Positions 18,129-24,157 of a stretch of 24,157 nucleotides of DNA are shown here, piece after piece. How positions within the stretch are numbered: the stretch's first letter is position 1; every line of letters starts with the position of its first letter. Location: assembly GCA_028706895.1 (NCBI GenBank), contig JAQTVG010000001.1, forward strand, positions 1 through 24,157. Reading direction: 5' to 3'. Below the pieces are notes generated by a model. That model did no database searches and was not told where the DNA came from. It saw nothing but the letters and a program-made list of their open reading frames with translations. The DNA comes from Candidatus Omnitrophota bacterium. GTDB lineage: Bacteria > Omnitrophota > Gorgyraeia > Gygaellales > Profunditerraquicolaceae. A program made the translations under genes and the position numbers.

Positions 18129-18599
18129 ATGAAAATAATTTCTAAATCAGCTAACGACACTTTAAATATAGGCAAGGCAATAGCAAAAAGCCTGCGAAAG
18201 GCAGATATCATCTGCTTATTCGGTGAGCTAGGTTCGGGTAAGACCGTATTAACTAAGGGCATTGCTTCGGGGCTTGGAATTAAAAAAAACAAAGTTATAA
18301 GCCCGTCATTTGTCCTAATTCGCCAATATGATTCAGCTAGGATACCGTTTTACCATTTTGACCTTTATAGATTAGATACGCCGGAAGATATCCTTGCTTT
18401 AGGATACGAAGAATATCTCTATGATGACGGAGTGACCGTAATTGAATGGGCAGATAGATTAAAATATATCCTGCCGAAGGAATATTTAAAGATAAGCTTG
18501 CGCGTTGACTCTACTTTAGGCAGGTCGCTTGAATTTAGCGCGTTCGGTAAACGCTATAAAGAACTCTTGGGTGAAATCTATGAAAATCTTAGGCATTGA
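18129..18599 (+). CDS. tsaE: tRNA threonylcarbamoyladenosine biosynthesis ATPase TsaE
   Basis: GELGSGKT P-loop, SPSF, HFDLYRL and IEWAD motifs. Confidence 0.94.
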   Translation: MKIISKSANDTLNIGKAIAKSLRKADIICLFGELGSGKTVLTKGIASGLGIKKNKVISPSFVLIRQYDSARIPFYHFDLYRLDTPEDILALGYEEYLYDDGVTVIEWADRLKYILPKEYLKISLRVDSTLGRSLEFSAFGKRYKELLGEIYENLRH

Positions 18600-19257
18600 T
18601 ACAAGCACCAGGTTTTTGTGCATTGGCATCTACGATGGCAGCAGGATTTATGAGTATAATCTGGACCTGAACAGGAACCTTTCGGCCTTGCTTACGCCGA
18701 CTATAAACAGGATTCTAAACGCCCTGGGTTGGCAGGCAAGTGATATTGATTATTTTGCCTGCGGCTTGGGCCCGGGGTCTTTCACGGGTATGCGCGTAGG
18801 AATAGCCGCTATAAAGGGCCTCGCATTTTCTTTAAATAAGCCGGTTGTGGGCATACCTACTTTAGACATATTAGCTAAAAATGCCTCAATCCACGGCGCA
18901 TATGTTATACCTGTTGTTGACGCAAAAAGGAACCTCATCTATACCAGCATTTATAGAAACAAAGATGCCGGAGTCAAACGTATAAAACCATATATGCTTT
19001 TGACCGCAGATGAATTTATTAAAAAGGCCAAGATTAAGGGAGAAGCGGTAATATTGGGCGATGCGGTTAACCTATATAAACAAAAGCTCCTGGCGGGCAT
19101 GAAGAGAATTATGATTTTGGATAAGGATTACTGGTATCCCCGCGCAGGCAATATTATTAATTTAGCCATAGAAAGAATCAAGGATAAGAAGATAAATAAC
19201 GCCTTTGATATTGAGCCTATTTATCTTTATCCTAAAGAATGCCAGGTCAGAAAATGA
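18580..19257 (+). CDS. tsaB: tRNA threonylcarbamoyladenosine biosynthesis protein TsaB (start moved to ATG 18580)
   Basis: MKILGIDTS at 18580 is the canonical family start, followed by GLGPGSFTGMRVG and DAKR. The ORF-track start at 18529 lies well inside tsaE. Confidence 0.92.
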   Translation: MKILGIDTSTRFLCIGIYDGSRIYEYNLDLNRNLSALLTPTINRILNALGWQASDIDYFACGLGPGSFTGMRVGIAAIKGLAFSLNKPVVGIPTLDILAKNASIHGAYVIPVVDAKRNLIYTSIYRNKDAGVKRIKPYMLLTADEFIKKAKIKGEAVILGDAVNLYKQKLLAGMKRIMILDKDYWYPRAGNIINLAIERIKDKKINNAFDIEPIYLYPKECQVRK

Positions 19258-20372
19258 AAAACAATATAATCGGTTACAGGCCAACCTGGGCTGAGGTCAA
19301 TTTGCGTAACCTGGCATACAATTTTAGCCAGATAAAAAAAATACTGGCGCCAAAAACCATGATGATGGTTTGCGTCAAAGCAGATGCCTATGGGCACGGT
19401 TTGATACCGATAAGTAAAAAATTAGTATCATGTGGTGTAGATTATCTGGGAGTTGCTTCAATTGACGAAGGCATAAAATTAAGAGAGGCGGGTATAAATG
19501 TGCCTGTTTTAATATTAGGCCTTATATTAAAGAAAGATATCCAGCCTTTATTTAAATACAGGCTTACCGCTACCGTCTGCGACGAAGAATTGGCCCGCGC
19601 ATTAAACAATAAAGCAAAGTTATCGGGCGCTCCCATAAGTGTGCATATCAAGGTTGATACAGGAATGGGCAGGATCGGGGTTTTACATCAGGATGCCCAT
19701 AAGCTTTTAAGAAAAATACACAAATTGAAATTTATAAATATAGAAGGCATATTCACGCATTTTGCTTTTGCGGATATGAACAGGGATTTTACGCTATACC
19801 AGATAGATTTATTTAACCGCTTAATTGATAAATTGGGCAAAGAGGGAATCCGCGCGCCTTTAATCCACGCGGCAAACAGCATGGGTGTTATCGGTTACAA
19901 GAACAGCCATTTTAACATGGTTAGGCCCGGCCTTGCGGTTTACGGCCTACAGCCTAAAAAGAACCTGAAGACGGCGCTTAGGCCCGTATTAAGTTTAAAA
20001 ACAAAAATTTTATTTAAGAAGAGATTGCCCGGGGGTTATGGTATAAGTTACGGGCATGATTACTTTACTAAAAAAGACACCACAATCGTGACTCTGCCTA
20101 TTGGTTATGGAGATGGCTATCCGCGCAACTTGTCAAATTGCGCGCCGGTCCTGATAAGAGGCAGGCGTTTCAAAATAAGCGGAAGAATATGCATGGACCA
20201 GATAATGGTGGATGTGGGGAACTTTAAAGTTAAAGTAGGCGATGAAGTTGTATTTATCGGCTCTCAGGGTAAAAACAAAATTACTGCCGAAGAATTGGCC
20301 CAGCTTGCCGATACTATTCCCTATGAAATTGTTTGTGGTTTGGGCAGCCGCGTGCCGAGGATTTATATTTGA
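19254..20372 (+). CDS. alr: Alanine racemase (start likely ATG 19254)
   Basis: VKADAYGHG PLP-lysine motif, HIKVDTGMGRIG, VRPG, GYGDGY, GRICMDQ and TIPYE. ATGA overlap with the tsaB stop at 19254-19257. Confidence 0.95.
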   Translation: MKNNIIGYRPTWAEVNLRNLAYNFSQIKKILAPKTMMMVCVKADAYGHGLIPISKKLVSCGVDYLGVASIDEGIKLREAGINVPVLILGLILKKDIQPLFKYRLTATVCDEELARALNNKAKLSGAPISVHIKVDTGMGRIGVLHQDAHKLLRKIHKLKFINIEGIFTHFAFADMNRDFTLYQIDLFNRLIDKLGKEGIRAPLIHAANSMGVIGYKNSHFNMVRPGLAVYGLQPKKNLKTALRPVLSLKTKILFKKRLPGGYGISYGHDYFTKKDTTIVTLPIGYGDGYPRNLSNCAPVLIRGRRFKISGRICMDQIMVDVGNFKVKVGDEVVFIGSQGKNKITAEELAQLADTIPYEIVCGLGSRVPRIYI

Positions 20373-20373
20373 T

Positions 20374-21474
20374 TTACGGAAGGGAGCGTATTAGAAGTAT
20401 GGCTGCGGTGAATGCTACTATATGGCTAAAAAAAGCTGCCAGGAATGGCGGAAAGACGCCCCCCTTACCGAGGGCCAGGCTCACAGCATTAAGCACGTAA
20501 TAGAAAAATCCTACCATAATTGATAAACCTACCGAAGACATACCTGTCGCGCGTTTTTTCATCATCATGGAGAAGGGTATCCCGATAAGAATAATTATTA
20601 TGCTTGTAAGGGGCGATGCGAACCTGGCGAAGAGGTCAACCTTCATGTTTCTTATTACAGTGACTGCTCCGCTCTTGGCTAATTTGTCAATATAGCTTTG
20701 TAATTGCGCTATAGTCATATAATCCGGGCGCAATATCTGGTGCAGGAAATCGTGCGGAGACTCCGGTATATCCATTATTTCTTCTTCCTGGTATTTGGGT
20801 TCTTCTTTTATCTGCACGTGTTCGTCAAAGGCATAAGTGATGCATTGATAAAAGGTCCATTGCCCGTCTTTATAAACCCCTTTATTCGCTACGATTTTCT
20901 TGGTTATATTTTGTTTTTCGTCGTGCTCCAGGATAATTATGCCTTCCATGGTATTGGTGCTAAGGTGGAACTTATTTACAAAGAATAGCCTGTTTTTTAA
21001 CCCGTACATGGACAGGTTAGTGATAATATCCTGTTTTTTGTCTTTATTTTTCCTTGATTCGGCATCCATTTGTTTTTTGATATTCTCTGTCAGATTCATT
21101 GAAGAAGGCACGAACCTGTCATTGACCCAGAATACACACGCGCTGATTATGACGCCGAATATAATTACGGTTTTAGTTATCTGGAATATGCTCATGCCTG
21201 CCGAGCGCATGGCGATGAGTTCATTGCTGCGGTTTAATTTTCCGAGAGTATAGAGCGTGCTTAAGAGACAGGCGATGGGGGAGACCTGGACGAATATAAT
21301 AGGTAAATATGCCGCGTAATACCTTAGTAATATATCTATATTGGCTTTTTGTTTCAGGATTTCGTCTAAGTTGGAGAATACATCTATGATAATATACAGG
21401 AAGAGGAATGTAAAAAGGCATTGAAAGAAGAGGGCAAGGACTGATTTTAATATATAGCGGTCTAAGATGCGCAT
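20374..21474 (-). CDS. lptG: LptF/LptG-family LPS export permease (LptG-like)
   Basis: MRILDRYI start, three TM helices, ELIAMRSAGMS, periplasmic beta-rich domain, then three more TM helices. Second gene of the pair. Confidence 0.82.
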   Translation of the reverse strand: MRILDRYILKSVLALFFQCLFTFLFLYIIIDVFSNLDEILKQKANIDILLRYYAAYLPIIFVQVSPIACLLSTLYTLGKLNRSNELIAMRSAGMSIFQITKTVIIFGVIISACVFWVNDRFVPSSMNLTENIKKQMDAESRKNKDKKQDIITNLSMYGLKNRLFFVNKFHLSTNTMEGIIILEHDEKQNITKKIVANKGVYKDGQWTFYQCITYAFDEHVQIKEEPKYQEEEIMDIPESPHDFLHQILRPDYMTIAQLQSYIDKLAKSGAVTVIRNMKVDLFARFASPLTSIIIILIGIPFSMMMKKRATGMSSVGLSIMVGFFYYVLNAVSLALGKGGVFPPFLAAFFSHIVAFTAAILLIRSLP

Positions 21475-22559
21475 AATCTATAGGTTAAAAACGCTCCGAT
21501 TGACCCTAGTATAATATTGGGTATCCACATTGCGATTCTGGGGTTGATAACGCCTTGCATGCTCAGGGCCTCGGAGCCAAGCAGCATAAGGTAATATACG
21601 CCTACAGTAAGAAATGCTATCCCGAAATTAATTGATTTTTCGCGGCGGCGCGTAATTATTGCCAGGGGTATGCCAAATAGCATCAGCACAAAGCAGGAGA
21701 AAGCAAGTGACACTTTTTCATTTATTTCAGTAATAAGGGGTGCCGGGTCAATACCTTCTTTTTCTATTTTCTTGATTTCATTTCTTAGTTCTTTTATGGT
21801 CATATCCTTGGGTTTTTTTTCAATCTTGCCTTTGTTCTGCATCTGGCCTAAATTAAGCGACATGAAATAGGTCTTGAAGTTTAATTTGAAGAAATTACTG
21901 GGGTTTTCGGGGTCGGGCTCATCAGATGTGCCTTCCATGAGCTTTAGTTTAATCATGTTTTTCTCGGGCAGGGCGATAAATTCTCCTCTTTTTGCCACAA
22001 TGGTGCGGGCGGATTTATTCTCGCCTTGCGGTTCATATATACGAATGTTGGTCATCTTGTTGCCGTCTATGCGGTATATGAACAAGATATATTTTTCAAA
22101 GGAATTAATAAATATTCCTGGCTCAAGGGCGGCAGTGGGATTTTTTACGCCTATCTCCATTATTGTTTTCCTGGAAGCAAAATGCGCGTAAGGTATGACG
22201 CGGTCGTTAAATATGACCAGAACAAGGCTTAACATTAAGCCGACAGTAAGCAGGGGCATTATCAGGCTAAACAGGTGTATGCCGCTTGCCCGTATGGTTG
22301 TAATTTCGTTGTCGCTTGAGAACCTGCCTAAAGACAGAAGTACAGCAGTTAATACGGAAATAGGCAGGGTATAAGTTAATAGATAAGGGACCATAAATAA
22401 GAGGAGCTTGGAGACGTGGACTATATCAACGCCTTTATTAATGACCATATCGGCGATTTTGATGAGGTTTCCCAGTATCATTACAAATGTAAGCACGCCC
22501 AGCGCCAAAAATAATGGGCCGATAAATTCTTTTAAGAAATAATTGCGCAGTATTCTCAT
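21462..22559 (-). CDS. lptF: LptF/LptG-family LPS export permease (LptF-like)
   Basis: MRILRNYFLKE, LGRFSSDNEITTIRASGI, periplasmic domain and C-terminal TM helices. First gene of the pair; the F versus G label comes from gene order. Confidence 0.82.
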   Translation of the reverse strand: MRILRNYFLKEFIGPLFLALGVLTFVMILGNLIKIADMVINKGVDIVHVSKLLLFMVPYLLTYTLPISVLTAVLLSLGRFSSDNEITTIRASGIHLFSLIMPLLTVGLMLSLVLVIFNDRVIPYAHFASRKTIMEIGVKNPTAALEPGIFINSFEKYILFIYRIDGNKMTNIRIYEPQGENKSARTIVAKRGEFIALPEKNMIKLKLMEGTSDEPDPENPSNFFKLNFKTYFMSLNLGQMQNKGKIEKKPKDMTIKELRNEIKKIEKEGIDPAPLITEINEKVSLAFSCFVLMLFGIPLAIITRRREKSINFGIAFLTVGVYYLMLLGSEALSMQGVINPRIAMWIPNIILGSIGAFLTYRLCAS

Positions 22560-22566
22560 TGGTCTT

Positions 22567-23292
22567 TTAATTAGCCAGGGTTAAAACGAATACGATACCT
22601 GCTCCGGCGTCTTTTAATGAACGGGCCGCTTCTGAACAGGTAGCGCCTGTAGTTAATACGTCATCAACCAGCAAAATATTTTTTCCTTTTATACCCTCTT
22701 TTTTATTTACCGTGAAACTATCCATTACATTTAAGAAACGCTCGCCTGTTTCTAATTCTGTCTGCGTTTTTGTCGGGCGCAGGCGGCTTAAGGCATCGGT
22801 GGATATTTGTTTGTTAAACTTACGGCAGATATGCTCGCTTAGGATTTGCGCCTGGTTAAATTCCCTTTCGCGTAACCTTGCTTTGTGTAATGGCACAGGC
22901 ATGATTAAATCCAGCATATCCATCGGCAGGTTGTATTCTTCTATAAATTCTGTCATTAATCCGGTTAAAATATGGCCAAGGTAGTCTTTGCCTTGATATT
23001 TAAATGCGTGGATTAATTCTTTAATCGTGCCTTCATATATGCAAGGGCTGAAGGCGCGGTCAAAATGCAGTTGTTTTCTTCTGCAGGCAGCGCAGACATT
23101 ATGCGTAACGGGTTTTTTGAGGTGCCTGCCGCAAGAGAAGCAGAAGGGGGGCGGGTTCTTTTTAATCTTGCCCCAGCATTCTATACATACAAAGTTATCT
23201 GCGCGCTCTTGTCTATCCAGTTGCTTTTTGCAGACAAGGCATGTCTTGGGATACATAATATCCGTCAGGACACCTAAAAACCTGCGCAACAT
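22567..23292 (-). CDS. comF: ComF-family protein (double zinc ribbon plus PRTase-like domain); start likely the second ATG at 23292
   Basis: Four CxxC pairs, FKY, VPLH...RLREREFNQA and PRPP-binding LLVDDVLTTGAT. The ORF-track start at 23298 abuts the predicted -10 box. Confidence 0.9.
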   Translation of the reverse strand: MLRRFLGVLTDIMYPKTCLVCKKQLDRQERADNFVCIECWGKIKKNPPPFCFSCGRHLKKPVTHNVCAACRRKQLHFDRAFSPCIYEGTIKELIHAFKYQGKDYLGHILTGLMTEFIEEYNLPMDMLDLIMPVPLHKARLREREFNQAQILSEHICRKFNKQISTDALSRLRPTKTQTELETGERFLNVMDSFTVNKKEGIKGKNILLVDDVLTTGATCSEAARSLKDAGAGIVFVLTLAN

Positions 23293-23298
23293 ATGCAT

Positions 23299-23327
23299 AT
23301 GATAACAATTAAAACAAGATTTGTCAA
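23299..23327 (-). promoter_or_regulatory. Sigma70-type promoter for comF-lptF-lptG
   Basis: The minus strand reads TTGACA(23327-23322)-17 nt-TATCAT(23304-23299), with TG at the extended -10 position. Confidence 0.8.
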
Positions 23328-23410
23328 ACCATTCAATAAGAGACGATTTCCGAAGATATCGGTAAGATTATTAACCTAGGAAATTGTCTCTGACAATCGA
23401 TAGATAGAAT

Positions 23411-23574
23411 TTTTAGCGGCTGCCAAGGCTGTTTTCTCCCAGCACCGCTCGATTTTCCCCACCGTGGAAAATCTCGCTTGGATTTTCTGCTCGCTCTCAC
23501 TGATATCCTGATAGCGGGTGAACCTGGCCGCTCGCATAAACTACATGCTGTCCGAAAACAGCCTTGCCATCCGC
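23411..23574 (-). repeat. ~165-bp structured dispersed element, copy 2 (inverted relative to copy 1)
   Basis: The reverse complement aligns to 9516-9680 with one gap. Closing stem 23416-23444 pairs with 23546-23574 (24/29 WC), with compensatory changes relative to copy 1. Confidence 0.9.
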
Positions 23575-23595
23575 GAACAAACATCCCAAATTCGC

Positions 23596-23623
23596 TTGAC
23601 AATATATTCCATTTTGTTATATT
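23596..23623 (+). promoter_or_regulatory. Sigma70-type promoter for the pilin gene
   Basis: TTGACA(23596-23601)-16 nt-TATATT(23618-23623), with TG at 23615-23616. A second TATAAT lies at 23629-23634. Confidence 0.7.
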
Positions 23624-23632
23624 GAATATATA

Positions 23633-23651
23633 ATATTCCAGTATGGAATAT
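23633..23651. promoter_or_regulatory. Operator-like palindrome ATATTCCA-N3-TGGAATAT
   Basis: Perfect 8-bp inverted repeat between the promoter and RBS. A degenerate second copy ATATTCCA-N3-TGTTATAT is at 23604-23622. Confidence 0.6.
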
Positions 23652-23670
23652 AGCAAAAGAGGTAATAAGC

Positions 23671-24111
23671 ATGAAGATGGAAAAAGGTTTTACTCTCCTT
23701 GAATTAATCATCATAATTATTATTGTAGGTATCCTTGCTACCTTAGGCTTTACCACATACACTAATCAAATTGAATATTCTCGTACTGCCGAAGCCAGGG
23801 CGAAAATAAGTTTTATGCGTAAACTCGCGTATGAATATTACTTGAAGAATGGTTCGATAGATAGTATGACTAGTTCTGACCTAGGCATGAATACAGCTTG
23901 TCAGTCCACCGATTATTTTAGTTATTGGTATACTACTGGATATGGTTATCAGATAGGCGCTCGTAGGTGTACTAGTGGAGGGAAGTCACCAAATTCGGCT
24001 AGGGTCTATTTATTTGGGATTGTTATCGGAACTGATGTGTCTGGTAGCGTATGGCATTGTAGGTACAACGACGGTGCGTCTGAGGCTTGTTTCGGGTATC
24101 CCTCGTGGTAA
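23671..24111 (+). CDS. Type IV pilin (prepilin N-terminal cleavage/methylation domain protein)
   Basis: Short leader MKMEKG then FTLLELIIIIIIVGILA (G/F cleavage site, Glu5), helical SRTAEAR segment and four Cys in the C-terminal domain. GAGGT SD-like site upstream. Confidence 0.92.
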   Translation: MKMEKGFTLLELIIIIIIVGILATLGFTTYTNQIEYSRTAEARAKISFMRKLAYEYYLKNGSIDSMTSSDLGMNTACQSTDYFSYWYTTGYGYQIGARRCTSGGKSPNSARVYLFGIVIGTDVSGSVWHCRYNDGASEACFGYPSW

Positions 24112-24157
24112 GATAACGTGGTAAATAGGGACAGCGCCCATTTTCTCATTTTCTTGG

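Noticed and set aside
18529-18579. ORF-track N-terminal extension of tsaB
   Set aside because: It lies inside tsaE, and the family-typical start MKILGIDTS is at 18580.
19239-19253. ORF-track start of alr
   Set aside because: The ATG at 19254 forms a standard ATGA overlap with the tsaB stop and is the more plausible start.
414-23302. Numerous 60-150 aa ORFs antisense to or overlapping the called genes
   Set aside because: They are shadow ORFs of well-supported conserved genes and show no motifs or independent start signals.
23333-23656. 107-aa minus-strand ORF running through element copy 2 (also 23541-23762)
   Set aside because: No recognisable domain or SD, and it overlaps the pilin promoter. 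Copy 1 has a 1-nt insertion that breaks the equivalent frame, and GC-rich palindromes are often stop-poor by chance.
1-24157. CRISPR array, tRNA/rRNA, transposase, integrase, prophage or DGR
   Set aside because: No regularly spaced repeats, cloverleaf, rRNA-like sequence, recombinase or reverse transcriptase ORF, or template/variable repeat pair was seen.

Overview
A 24.2-kb chromosomal housekeeping region of a diderm bacterium, roughly 40% GC by eye. The gene set and order are compatible with Ca. Omnitrophota, but that is inference only. A tightly packed + strand run covers 1-20372: clpC (5'-truncated), mlaE-mlaF-mlaD, radA, PIN/TRAM, ispD, ispF, cysE, cysS, tmk, holB, PSP1/RicT, metG, tatD, DUF362/ferredoxin, TPR, mtnA, thiL, tsaE, tsaB, alr. 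It converges on a - strand comF-lptF-lptG unit, which is divergent from a type IV pilin gene. No tRNA, rRNA, CRISPR array or transposase was seen. The main non-coding signal is a ~165-bp structured element present twice in opposite orientations (9512-9679 + and 23411-23574 -). Its core is ~88% identical between copies, its 29-bp closing stem has four compensatory base-pair changes, and every non-G.T stem mismatch is purine-purine on one strand. Two other palindromic elements fill the only other large gaps in the + strand run. Further points: an apparently leaderless comF mRNA, a tandem operator-like palindrome over the pilin promoter, an N-terminal membrane anchor on CysE, and an abrupt GC drop in the 3' part of cysS.
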